64,000 nucleotides of DNA, from NCBI GenBank assembly GCA_963837955.1, contig CAWIPH010000002.1:3296001-3360000 (forward strand), written 5' to 3'. The position numbers and the translations under genes were made by a program. The DNA is from an uncultured Verrucomicrobiae bacterium. Its GTDB lineage: Bacteria > Verrucomicrobiota > Verrucomicrobiia > Chthoniobacterales > JAFAMB01. Under the pieces are notes generated by a model. That model ran no database searches. It was not told the DNA's origin and saw nothing but the letters and a program-made list of their open reading frames with translations. Of this stretch, positions 41,420 through 51,337 are shown piece after piece. Each line of letters starts with the position of its first letter. Positions within the stretch are counted from its first letter, which is position 1.

Positions 41420-42190
41420 TCACGCCATCCAATTGCCTCCATCGACTCCGTACGTTTGAGCAACGATATAGTTGGCATCTTCGGAAGCGAGAAAAGCAGC
41501 ACAGGCGGCCACCTCCTCCGGCCGCCCCATCCGGCCCATTGGTATCGCCAAACTAACCTGACGTTTCTTCTCTCCAATCGGCAGCTTCTCAACGCGAGCA
41601 AACTCGCTATCAACCACATCCCACATCGGAGTATCGATAATTCCGGGAGCGATCGCGTTTACGTTTATTCCATGTTTGATCAGTGCCAGCCCAGCCGATT
41701 GAGTGAAGCTGATAACAGCCGCCTTCGAAGCGCAATAGGCCGCTCCGAGCGGTTCGCCGCGGCGTCCAGCCTGACTCGCCAGGTTGATGATCTTGCCTCC
41801 GTGCCCTTGTTTGATCATCTGTTTGGCGACTGCTTGCATCGTGAAAAAACTTCCGTCGACATTCACCGCAAAAATAGTCGCCCATTGTTCGCGAGGAACA
41901 TCGGTGATTGGCGTGAGCGCGTAGATCGCGGCGCAGTTCACCAGAATGTCGATCGATCCCCCCTTTTCGACGACAGCTCTTACCAAATCATTGATTGATT
42001 CCTGACTGGTTACATCACAAGGAATACTGAACGCATCGCCACCGAGCTTCTTCGCCAATGCTTCGGCTCCTTTGCTGTCGCGATCGGCAATGGCCACTCG
42101 CGCTCCCTCGGCCATAAAACGTTCCACTATTGCTTTCCCGATTCCGCTCCCCCCTCCCGTCACAATGGCGACTTTGTTCGCTAGTCTCAT
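41420..42190 (-). CDS. SDR-family polyol (sorbitol/L-iditol-like) dehydrogenase
   Basis: TGGGSGIG, ASQAGRRGE, YCASK, TQSAGLALIKHGINVNAIAPG, VDGGNWM. Confidence 0.85.
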   Translation of the reverse strand: MRLANKVAIVTGGGSGIGKAIVERFMAEGARVAIADRDSKGAEALAKKLGGDAFSIPCDVTSQESINDLVRAVVEKGGSIDILVNCAAIYALTPITDVPREQWATIFAVNVDGSFFTMQAVAKQMIKQGHGGKIINLASQAGRRGEPLGAAYCASKAAVISFTQSAGLALIKHGINVNAIAPGIIDTPMWDVVDSEFARVEKLPIGEKKRQVSLAIPMGRMGRPEEVAACAAFLASEDANYIVAQTYGVDGGNWMA

Positions 42191-42243
42191 GGGGAATTAC
42201 GGTAGCAGAATGGGTTCTGTTCTCCTGTCGAAAGGTAGAAAAA

Positions 42244-42375
42244 CGCTCGGAGGGGCGCCGCTTGCGACGCCCGGGAATCGCCCAGGATTGGACAACCTCT
42301 GCTTCCCTCTTTGGCTCGATCCCTCGGTGAGCGCTGAATTATTCCCGGGCGCCGCTTGCGACGCCCCTCCGAGCG
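42244..42375. repeat. REP-like inverted doublet
   Basis: CGCTCGGAGGGGCGCCGCTTGCGACGCCCGGGAAT ... ATTCCCGGGCGCCGCTTGCGACGCCCCTCCGAGCG. Confidence 0.7.
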
Positions 42376-42422
42376 ATACCTTTCAACAAGACCGGCCCCA
42401 GGCGCCCCCCTATCTACTAACC

Positions 42423-42785
42423 TCAGCGCGCAGCGACTACGTTTTGCCGGCGAAGCCGATTTGCCATCGCTCGCAGCACCTGTATGGCAAAGAAAGGCGT
42501 CTCCTCGACCATAAACAGAAAATGCCGCTCGTTTATAGGGATCAACGTACAATCCGTCCTCGCAACAGCCGTACCGCTGCGCGGAACGTGGTCAAGGAGA
42601 GCTACTTCACCAAAAAAGCCGTCAACACCGACAGTCTCAACCAGCTGATCACTGATATAGATATCAACGTCGCCTGATTTGACGACGTAGAGCGAGTCTC
42701 CCTGCTCTCCCTGCCGGAATATAACGCTTCCGGCGGAGAACGACTGAGGAGTCACCTCTTTCTCAAAAATGTTGGGTAACTTCAT
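42423..42785 (-). CDS. Stand-alone cyclic nucleotide-binding domain protein
   Basis: IFRQGEQGDSLYVVKSG and phosphate-binding cassette FGEVALLDHVPRSGT; no HTH. Confidence 0.85.
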   Translation of the reverse strand: MKLPNIFEKEVTPQSFSAGSVIFRQGEQGDSLYVVKSGDVDIYISDQLVETVGVDGFFGEVALLDHVPRSGTAVARTDCTLIPINERHFLFMVEETPFFAIQVLRAMANRLRRQNVVAAR

Positions 42786-43089
42786 CTGGAATTGTTTGCG
42801 TCCGTGCACCCAGTCCGCGAGCAACAGGTAGATCCACCAACGCTTGAAATGTAAAGCAAAAAAAAGCTGACTTGAACGCTTAATCCCCTCGGGCAGTCCA
42901 CAGGTAGGCAATTGGAGGCAAAAGCCATAGATTCACGCAAAATATCGAGATAAAAAGGCGGGCCGGGAGTTCAACACCGACTTCTCAGCGAATCTCGATT
43001 TACCTCAGTGATCTCAGCGCCCTCTTGAGCTAGTTTCGGTGAAACGGAAAAAGGGACAGGTCAGAAAGTCCAACCAGGAGTTCTATGCG

Positions 43090-43551
43090 ATGATGATTAC
43101 CGTTGAACCGGAAAATCCGCGCTCCCCAGAGGCGCAGGAGCTTTTATCGGCATTTATTGAGGAGGTTCGAAAACGTTACGACGAGCCTCCGGCAGATGTC
43201 GGTTATTTCGACCCCGAACTGGTGTCAGTTCCCAAAAGTGTTTTTCTGATAGTGAGATCGGAAGGAAAAGCGATCGGTTGCGGCGCACTAGTGCCCATGG
43301 ACGAAGAAGTGGCGGAAATAAAGCGGATGTTTGTCCTGCCCGATGAACGTGGTCACGGGCTGGCCAGAAGAATCCTGGAAGAACTCGAGCGTTTTGCTCG
43401 AGAGTTTGAATATAACGCTATTCGGTTAGAGACCGGAGTGAAGCAGCCGGAATCAATCGCGCTTTATGGCAAATCTGGATTCTATCGTGTGCCGAACTTT
43501 CCTCCCTTCGAGAACGACGCTACGGCCGTCTGCTTCGAAAAGAGAGTCTAA
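43090..43551 (+). CDS. GNAT-family N-acetyltransferase
   Basis: GCGAL, EIKRMFV..RGHGLAR, LETG..QPESIALY. Confidence 0.85.
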   Translation: MMITVEPENPRSPEAQELLSAFIEEVRKRYDEPPADVGYFDPELVSVPKSVFLIVRSEGKAIGCGALVPMDEEVAEIKRMFVLPDERGHGLARRILEELERFAREFEYNAIRLETGVKQPESIALYGKSGFYRVPNFPPFENDATAVCFEKRV

Positions 43552-43584
43552 GCGAACCGATCAGTCGTAACAGTCAGGCAGTCA

Positions 43585-45396
43585 ATGCAGTCGGACGTCT
43601 TTATCAGCCATTCCAGCAAAGACAAAACAACGGCGGATGCCATCTGCCATCATCTTGAGTCGAACGGTATCAGGTGCTGGATCGCTCCTCGCGACATTGA
43701 ATTCGGTTCCGATTGGACCGAAGGAATCATGCAGGGGATTACCTCTTGCCGCGTGTTCGTCCTGGTGTTTTCTGAGCACGCCAACAATTCGGAACATGTC
43801 CGACGCGAAGTCGTCAAAGCCTTCTCGCTCGGATTAGCTGTCATTCCCTTCCGGATCGAGGCTGTTCTGCCAAACCGAAGTCTGAGTTACTTCCTGGAAT
43901 CGGTTCATTGGCTCGACGCGATGGCGCCGCCCGCGCAGAAACATTTCAACGCGTTAACTGACCAGGTGAAACGGCTGCTGGAGGAGAACACAGGGTCTGT
44001 CATGGGTGCAACGGAGACCCGATCAGAACCGGACGCCCAACTGATACAGCCAATTCAACCGGAACCGGTGAAGCAAGCGGTTGGAGCAGGCGGATTCGCC
44101 AGCAATCCCTCGAAGGAGCGCAGATCGCTTATCAGATTCAATTTGGCTTTGGTGCCAATCTTGATCGCAGGCGTTTGCGCAAGCGCCGCGATAATCCATG
44201 ATAAATTACGCGGTGGCGCCGAGCAGGAAGTACTCAAGAACGCAAACCTGATGCTGGAGACAGCGCGAGCTTCGCGAGTATATACGACGGAGCAGGTCGC
44301 GCCTCTCCTGGAGCGCCAACAGGCAGAAATCGATAAGAGCACGCAAGTCGTCCGCCAGACCTTGGAGGCGTTGGGAAAGGTCCGGGATCGCACTGAAAGG
44401 CAAAACTTGATCGATGCGTTGCATAAGATAGCCGGCGTAACCAATGATGAGTCATTACCGGAGCGGCAGTTTTATCCGCAGTCGATTCCGTTCTATGCTG
44501 CGACCGAGGCATTTAATTATTTTCAACGAGCGCATCCAGATTACGCTTACAAAGAAGCCACTCTCAATCCGACCAACCCTCGCGATCGAACAGTAGATTG
44601 GGAAGCAGACGTCGTGAGTGTTTTTAGGAAAGATTCGTCGAAGACGGAGCTTACGGGGCGTCGTGATACGCCTATTGGGCCTTCCTTGTTCGTTAGTGCG
44701 CCTATTAAAACCGAGAAAAGTTGTCTGGAATGCCACAGCACTCCCGACAAAGCACCAGCGGGAATGATCAAACTCTATGGCAGCACAAACGGCTTCGGCT
44801 GGAAGGAAGGCGAAGTGGTGGGCGCGCAGATTGTCAGTGTACCGGCAACCATCAGCGAAAAAATCGGTGATACCACCTTCCTCGCAATCCTGGCTTGGCT
44901 AATCGGCATCACGGCGATGGTTTTCGTTCTCGTCAACTTGGCCGTCTACTTTTCTTGGATCGCTCTCCCCGGCCGGATTTCTTCTCCCGAAATGAGACCG
45001 GACGAAGTTGAGAGAAAACGGATAGTTGAAGCCGGCGGATCGGTTGTCGCCAATGTCAGAAAAACTCGAGGACAGCGGGCGGACGAAGATCTCATCAGAT
45101 GGGCCGAGGGGTCGGGTCGCTTTATTTATATCGGTGACGCCGTACGCCACACTTCCTACCATCGTTCGCTTTGGTTTAATCCGGCCAAAGGCCGGAAAAC
45201 GGATCATGCTCGGGCGGTCGACGAATACCGCACCTACATCTTACATAGGCCGGACTTACTGGTGCGGTTAGACGAACTGCGCGGCAAAGTGTTGGGATGC
45301 TGGTGTTACCCGCAGGCCTGCCACGGAAACATTTTGATCGAGCTATGTTCCAGCGAATCAGCCGTAAGAGCCGATCAACGTTTCGAATCGACGTAA
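43585..45396 (+). CDS. TIR - TM - DUF3365/Tll0287-like heme c sensor - TM - DUF4326-like fusion protein
   Basis: DVFISHSSKD/WIAPRDI/VRREV (TIR_2); YKEATLNPTNPRDR, CLECH, NGFGW..GAQIVSVP; YIG..SLWFNP..ELRGKVLGCWCYPQACHG. Confidence 0.8.
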   Translation: MQSDVFISHSSKDKTTADAICHHLESNGIRCWIAPRDIEFGSDWTEGIMQGITSCRVFVLVFSEHANNSEHVRREVVKAFSLGLAVIPFRIEAVLPNRSLSYFLESVHWLDAMAPPAQKHFNALTDQVKRLLEENTGSVMGATETRSEPDAQLIQPIQPEPVKQAVGAGGFASNPSKERRSLIRFNLALVPILIAGVCASAAIIHDKLRGGAEQEVLKNANLMLETARASRVYTTEQVAPLLERQQAEIDKSTQVVRQTLEALGKVRDRTERQNLIDALHKIAGVTNDESLPERQFYPQSIPFYAATEAFNYFQRAHPDYAYKEATLNPTNPRDRTVDWEADVVSVFRKDSSKTELTGRRDTPIGPSLFVSAPIKTEKSCLECHSTPDKAPAGMIKLYGSTNGFGWKEGEVVGAQIVSVPATISEKIGDTTFLAILAWLIGITAMVFVLVNLAVYFSWIALPGRISSPEMRPDEVERKRIVEAGGSVVANVRKTRGQRADEDLIRWAEGSGRFIYIGDAVRHTSYHRSLWFNPAKGRKTDHARAVDEYRTYILHRPDLLVRLDELRGKVLGCWCYPQACHGNILIELCSSESAVRADQRFEST

Positions 45397-45452
45397 GCTG
45401 CAATGAGTCCTCGCGCAGCGGACGCGGCGCGAGGCTTTCTAGATTTCTGCGG

Positions 45453-46433
45453 TTACTTCTGGAGCAAGCCGGCAATCTCTCGAACTACTGTGTCGCTGAG
45501 CGGTCCGAATCGAAGCGCGGCCACGTTCTCCTCCACCTGCTTCACCGTACGAAATCCCGGGATAGGAATTGTCTGCGGACTTCGGGCCCAGATCCAAGAC
45601 AGAGCACCTTGGGTGAGGGTTCTTCCGTCACTAGTAAGGATTTTTCGAATCGCGGCCAGGCGGGCCAACCACTCTGGCTTGGGTTGACCTTTGTCAAAGT
45701 AACGAAGCCACTCTGGCTGAATCCCCCGCACATCGTCCGGGTTCAATCGCGACTTCCCATCGAATTTGCCGGTAAGCACTCCCATAGCGAGCGGAGAACG
45801 ATTGATGCTCGACAGTCCCCGTTCTTCGCAAAACCGGAGCATTTCTGGAGCATCGTAGAAGACGCTGAGCTCATGCTGCACCGCTACATTGTGTTTTCCT
45901 TCCGCGAACACTTTGGCCCGCTCCGGAAAATCAGTACTCCACCCATAGGAGCGGATCTTGCCGGCGGTTACCAGCCCCTCCAGGGTTTCGCGAACTTCAA
46001 TGGCCATACCCGGATCGTAATCGTTGAGATGAAACTGATAGAGATCTATATAGGGAGTGTCCAATCGCCGTAAGCTGTCATCGCACGCCTGGCGAATCCC
46101 TTCCGGCGAAGCGTCTTGACCAATTTTTTGCCGGGTGGATTCGTCGAAGGTGTTGCCGAATTTGGTGGCGATAATCACCTGTTCGCGGACACCTTTGAGA
46201 GCACTCCCGAGAACTCGCTCGCTATGTCCGCATCCGTAAATATTGGCCGTATCGAAAAAGTGAACTCCGAGATCAAGCGCTCGATGAATGGCGGCGATTG
46301 ATTCTTTGTCGTCCACTTCGCCCCAACCCAGCGGTTGTGTACCGAACCAAAACGGACCGCCGATAGCCCAACAACCCATTCCAATCGCTGGGATCTCATG
46401 TGCACCAAGTCTTCGAGTCAGAGAAGTACTCAT
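45453..46433 (-). CDS. Aldo/keto reductase
   Basis: GMGCWAIGG, FDTANIYG, ATKFG, IDLYQFH, IPIPG. Confidence 0.9.
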   Translation of the reverse strand: MSTSLTRRLGAHEIPAIGMGCWAIGGPFWFGTQPLGWGEVDDKESIAAIHRALDLGVHFFDTANIYGCGHSERVLGSALKGVREQVIIATKFGNTFDESTRQKIGQDASPEGIRQACDDSLRRLDTPYIDLYQFHLNDYDPGMAIEVRETLEGLVTAGKIRSYGWSTDFPERAKVFAEGKHNVAVQHELSVFYDAPEMLRFCEERGLSSINRSPLAMGVLTGKFDGKSRLNPDDVRGIQPEWLRYFDKGQPKPEWLARLAAIRKILTSDGRTLTQGALSWIWARSPQTIPIPGFRTVKQVEENVAALRFGPLSDTVVREIAGLLQK

Positions 46434-46607
46434 GAGTATTCTCTCGCCCGATGATCCGCGATCGTCTAGCCCCGGATGAATCTTTGACCTGCTACGATCG
46501 GCAAACGGCTAATGAGCGCCGGGTCCGCCCAGCACCGATAGCTCCCCCAGCTGCTTTCGCTCAGCACGCCCAGATTGAGAACGGTGGCTGCGCTATAGAA
46601 GAAAATC

Positions 46608-47018
46608 TCAAACTGGAGGTCTCATATGGGGCGGAGGCTCCGCGATAAACAACGACGTGGTCGCAGCCTCCTGCTGGTCGATCAGCAACCTGAACTCATA
46701 CTCACCGTAGTGAGCAAACTGAATGCCCAGGAAGTTCATGACATATTGTACCGAAGTAAATCGTCGTTCTGGCGGCAATTGGATTTCAAATCTGCCCTCT
46801 GCTTTCACCAAGTATTTGCCATCCTCATCGATCAGCAACAGCTGATGGGTATGCTCTCCCGCCTCGGTATCTTCGAATCGAAGCCGAATAGCTACCGACA
46901 TGGCGGGATGGGTATAGGGAACTTGAAACGCCATAATGCCGTCAAATGATCCGGTTATGAACAGCTTGCCTGCGTGTTCCTCAGCGAAGTCTGCGATAGT
47001 GAAGATGTCTACTCTCAA
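46608..47018 (-). CDS. DUF6941-like beta-sandwich hypothetical protein
   Basis: ADFA..GKLFITGSFD, F..YGEYEF pattern. Confidence 0.6.
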   Translation of the reverse strand: MRVDIFTIADFAEEHAGKLFITGSFDGIMAFQVPYTHPAMSVAIRLRFEDTEAGEHTHQLLLIDEDGKYLVKAEGRFEIQLPPERRFTSVQYVMNFLGIQFAHYGEYEFRLLIDQQEAATTSLFIAEPPPHMRPPV

Positions 47019-47067
47019 TTGAGGTTTCGCAATCAGCCGCGTAACGACCGCAAACTTAAGGTTCTAT

Positions 47068-47143
47068 TGGCAGCGCGTACGGGACTCGAACCCGTGCACC
47101 GGCCTTGAGAGGGCCGTGTCCTAACCGACTAGACGAACGCGCC
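47068..47143 (-). tRNA. tRNA-Glu (anticodon CTC)
   Basis: GGCGCGTTCGTCTAGTCGGTTAGGACACGGCC-CTCTCAA-GGCCGGTGCACGGGTTCGAGTCCCGTACGCGCTGCCA folds into a 76-nt cloverleaf ending in CCA. Confidence 0.97.
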
Positions 47144-47225
47144 GAGTGGGAGCCGCAAATGTATCGCGCCAAAGCCTAAACTCAAGCCGGGGGATCGAAG
47201 AAACGTCCACCGCACTCTGAATTAC

Positions 47226-47364
47226 GATCCGCAGATTACACAGATTACGCAGATTCAATGAGTCCTAAAACAGGTACCGAGGCTGCCGTCGACGTCATAA
47301 ATTAAAGAATTCAGCAGTTCTAGAGCCAATCCAAATCTGTGTAATCAGCGGAATCTGCGGATCG
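47226..47364. repeat. Inverted 9-nt-unit repeat element
   Basis: GATCCGCAGATTACACAGATTACGCAGATT ... AATCTGTGTAATCAGCGGAATCTGCGGATC; partial copy near 50788-50810. Confidence 0.7.
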
Positions 47365-47421
47365 CTTTGCCTTCGATTCTCAGGTTTAATCCGTCTGAAA
47401 ACTGTAGTTCGCGCACGTTAC

Positions 47422-47472
47422 CTGTTGCTTTCCCAATAGAACTAAGGCATTTCCCTGTTGGTAAACCAAATG
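47422..47472. promoter_or_regulatory. Two candidate PadR operators
   Basis: CTGTTG-N6-CAATAG and CTGTTG-N6-CAAATG, 33 bp apart, upstream of padR. Confidence 0.5.
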
Positions 47473-47495
47473 ACCGGTGTACGGAACGAAGCCGC

Positions 47496-47843
47496 ATGAA
47501 ACGGAAAAAGGATGTCCAGCAAGGAACGCTGGCCCTGATGGTCCTGAAGACCCTCGATGTGCTCGGACCGTTGCACGGGTATGGCATCGCCCGACGCATC
47601 GAGCAGATCAGTGGCGACCTGCTTTCGGTCAATCAGGGCACGCTTTATCCCGTCCTGCTGAGGCTGGAGCAGGAAGGAGCCATTGCATCGGAGTGGGGCC
47701 CGTCGGAAAACAACCGCCGGGCGCGCTTTTATCGGCTGACGCGGGTGGGACACAAACTCCTCGGAGCCGAGAAGCGCGACTGGGAGCAGACAGCGGCGAT
47801 CATCGCGCGCTTCTTTGAAGTGAAAGCGGGGGATCTGGAATGA
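47496..47843 (+). CDS. PadR-family regulator, Acidobacteria type
   Basis: QGTLALMVLKTL, LHGYGIARRIEQ, QGTLYP, WGPSENNRRARFY; ATGA overlap with the permease. Confidence 0.9.
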   Translation: MKRKKDVQQGTLALMVLKTLDVLGPLHGYGIARRIEQISGDLLSVNQGTLYPVLLRLEQEGAIASEWGPSENNRRARFYRLTRVGHKLLGAEKRDWEQTAAIIARFFEVKAGDLE

Positions 47844-50492
47844 GAGCCTTGAATCGGTTATTCATACGCCTTCTCAACTTCACGACCAGGCGCGGCGGCT
47901 ACGAACGGCTCAGAGAAGAGATTGAATCGCATCTAGCGACCCAGACTGAAGAGAACATCCGCGCCGGCATGACTCCCGAGGAAGCCCGCCGGCAGGCCCG
48001 CCTGAAGTTCGGAGCTTTGGAGACGGTTCGGGAAGACTACCACGCCGAAGCGGGCCTGCCATTCCTGGAGGACCTGCTGCTCGATGTTCGTTATACGCTT
48101 CGCGGGCTTCGGAAGTCTCCCGCGTTCACGCTCGTAGTCTTACTCACTCTGATGCTGGGGATTGGGGCAAACGTCGTCGTCTTCGGAGTGGTGAATGCGG
48201 TCCTTCTTCACCCGCTGGATGTGAGCGACCCACAGAGCCTGTACCAGATTCGCCATAAGGCGTGGATGAGCGGACGGCTGCTAACTACGTCGTATCCCGC
48301 GTTTGAGGATTTTCGGCAGCGAAACACAACCTTCAGCGGGATGGCCGGCATTAATGCATATTCGAGTGCGGTACTGAGCTGGCGTAACGCGGTGATTGAG
48401 GTCTCCGGTGATGAAGTCACCGGCAATTATTTCGATTTGCTGGGCGTGCAGCCGGAGGTAGGACGGTTCTTCCACGCGGCGGATGAGCATGGCCCGGATT
48501 CAGCGCCGTCTGTGGTGTTAAGCGATGGTCTTTGGCGAAGGGCGTTTAATGCGGATCGCGACATAGTCGGGACGACCGTGGAACTTAACAAGCATCCGTT
48601 TACGGTGGTTGGCGTGGCACCGCCGCAGTTCCACGGCACGGAGCAATTTGTGTGGCCGAACTACTGGATACCCATTGTGAACGAGGAGCAGGTGGAGGGA
48701 TCGGATTACCTACATACCCGGACATCCGTAGCTGTTACCGTGATTGCGCGGCTGAAACCGGGCGTGACGCCGCAGCAAGCGACCGAAAATCTGAATGCGA
48801 TTGCGGCCGAACTGGGTAAGGAGTATCCGGAGAGCGACGACGGAGAGTCACTTCGGCTGATCCATCCAGGACTTTACGGGGACCAAGGTGACACCATTCG
48901 CGGGTTTCTTTACAGCGTGACCGTGCTGGCCCTGCTGGTGCTGGGGGCAGCGAGCGTCAACCTGGCAAGTCTATTTGCGGCGCGCGCGGCGGATCGTAGC
49001 CGGGAACTCGCGCTGCGTGCGGCCCTTGGAGCAAGCCGGCGGCGGCTCGTGAAGCAACTGTTGACCGAGGCGATGGTGGTGTCGCTGATGGGCGGAGCAG
49101 CGGGGCTGGCGACCGCAAACCTGTTTCTCGGCGTGCTGAACCGGTGGTATCCCTCGGTTGGCCATCTGGCAGTCAGCGTGGATGCGCGTGTGTATCTGGC
49201 AGGTCTGGCATTGACACTGGGAAGCGCGCTGCTGTTCGGGGTGGTTCCGGCGCGCCAGGCGTGGCAGATCAGCCCGTTGCAGATAATAAAGGGCGGACCG
49301 GTCGATTCAATGCCTCTGCGTCGGTTTGCTTTGCGGGACCTGTTGTTGGGTGCACAAATTGCAATCTGCGCGCTGCTGGTAACGGCCTCGCTGGTGGCGG
49401 TGCGCGGCATGGTGCGCGCGCTGCACGCTCCGCTGGGCTTCCAACCGCAGGGCGCGATGCTGGCCGATTTGGACCTGAGCCAGGCGGAACAAGAAGGCGA
49501 CGTTGCGCTCGAGAAACAGAAAGAGATGATTGAGGCGGCCCGGAGCATCCCCGGTGTCACGGCGGTTGGTACGGTGAGCCGCACGCCCATGACCGGCGGG
49601 CTGCATGGGATTCCTATTTACCGGCCCGGGACGACAGAGTTCAAACTGAAGAATTCTGTGCTGGCGCCGTACGTGTTTACGATGTCGCCGGGATACCTGG
49701 AGGCTGCCGGCACTCGGCTACAAAACGGGCGGGATGTCTCGTGGCATGACACCACAAAGACGCCGTATGTGGCGATCGTGAACGAGACCTTCGCGCGGAA
49801 GATGTGGAGCGAAACGCCAGCGATTGGACAACACTTTATTGTGTCGAGTCACCTGACAGAAGTGGTGGGCGTGGTGGAGGACGGCAAGTACCACGACCTG
49901 CAAGAGTCGCCACAGCCTGTGGTGTATCTGCCGTTGTCGCAAAACGAGGATAGCGACGCGATTTTCGTGGTGCGGTCGCCGCGGGCGCCGAACGAGATGG
50001 CGGCGGCGCTCGAACGCACCCTGAGCGGCATCGAGCCGAATGTGCCAATCACGGTGCGGAGCTGGTCCGATACGCTGGGATATTATGTCCTGTTCCCGGC
50101 ACAGGCGGCGACCGTATCATTGGGCGTCATGGGCCTGCTGGCGGCGATGTTGGCGGTGACGGGCATCTTCGGTATGGCGGCCTACAGCGTGAGCCGGCGG
50201 ATGAAGGAGCTGGGCATCCGCGTGGCATTGGGCGCGGGCAAGAGGCACGTGATCAGCGCGGCGGTGGGGCGGCCAATGCGTGCTGCTTGGGGTTGGATCG
50301 GCGATAGGGCTGCTGTCGGGCGTCTTCGCCAGCCGGTTACTGGAGCAGATTGTGTATCAGGCGAATCCGCAGGATCCCGTGGTCGTGGGCGGCGCGGTGC
50401 TGACGATGGCGCTGCTGGGCATTGCAGGGTCCGCCATTCCAGCCCTGCGAGCGCTTGCCCTCGATCCATCCAAACTCATGCGGGAAGAGTGA
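47840..50492 (+). pseudogene. ADOP-type duplicated MacB/FtsX permease with a +1 frameshift near 50280
   Basis: GMTPEEARRQARLKFG, DVRYTLRGLRKSPAF, RSRELALR, VSRRMKELGIRVALGA; the expected C-terminus (..ALDPSKLMREE) is in the 50280-50492 frame. Confidence 0.8.
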
Positions 50493-51337
50493 GCCAGGTA
50501 ATACGCTCCACGTCAGCGCCTTTCGGCACCCTCACACGTAGTATTCCGTATGAAATTGGCTGCTTGAGAACTAGAGCATGTTAGTCTGTTGGCTGCTGTG
50601 GCTGATTCGGCATAGATAGGAATCGGTTAACGCGCTTGTTTAAAAAAGGACTAGGTCTCTACGCTTTTGTTCGTTAGTCAATTCAAAGAGTTCGAAATTC
50701 TCCTCAAGCAGGTGCGCGATTGTGGGTATAACGGTAGAGACGAGTTTTAGAAGAGTCGACAAAGACGTACGCCTAGAACTACGATCGCGATTACACAGAT
50801 TACGCGATTCAATGATTAAAGCAGTACTGAGGCTAACTTCGACGTACATTAAAATCACAGTTAGAGCATCATTGTGTATTGCGGTGCTTTGCTTCGTTTA
50901 TTTATCTTAACTGTAGTTGCGCGGGTGTTAGGCGACGCTTGGAAGATTGAGATCCACAACAATTTGTTTGTTGGCTTGAAATGGCGAAGCTGGGCGATAC
51001 TTTCTGACTAATAATTTTCGATCGTCAAAGCGGAGGTATAAAGCATCGCTCAATTCGGGATCATCCGGTAGGCTCGAAACCAGCGACTCTAGCTTAGTAC
51101 TTGCTCGAGCAATCTCAGAGTCCTGTTTGGGATTGTTACCTCTACCTCGTTTCGCAACCGCTAAGCCGACAGACATGCCCCACATCGAACATGCAAACAG
51201 CGTTCCCGTTCCTCGTGATCACTCGATCTACAGAATTGAACACCCAGCGCAGATCATTGGACCCTTAACTGCAGTTGCCCGGGTTCTTCAGGCCGACCGT
51301 TCGTCAAAGACGTGACCTACAGAAATCTCCTGGGCCG

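Noticed and set aside
41029..41619. 196-aa and 119-aa ORFs over the SBP-SDR spacer
   Set aside because: They overlap the SDR gene and translate REP and simple repeats (EDDDDEHEDE)
45297..46073. 258-aa plus-strand ORF and similar long shadow ORFs (3208-3855, 23912-24691, 48910-49590)
   Set aside because: Antisense or alternate-frame shadows of well-supported genes
50280..50584. C-terminal tail of the 914-aa ADOP ORF
   Set aside because: Out-of-frame read-through after an indel; the family-like end is at 50492
50640..51315. Short ORFs between ADOP and the ABC permease
   Set aside because: No recognisable motif or start signals; possibly remnants, but unsupported
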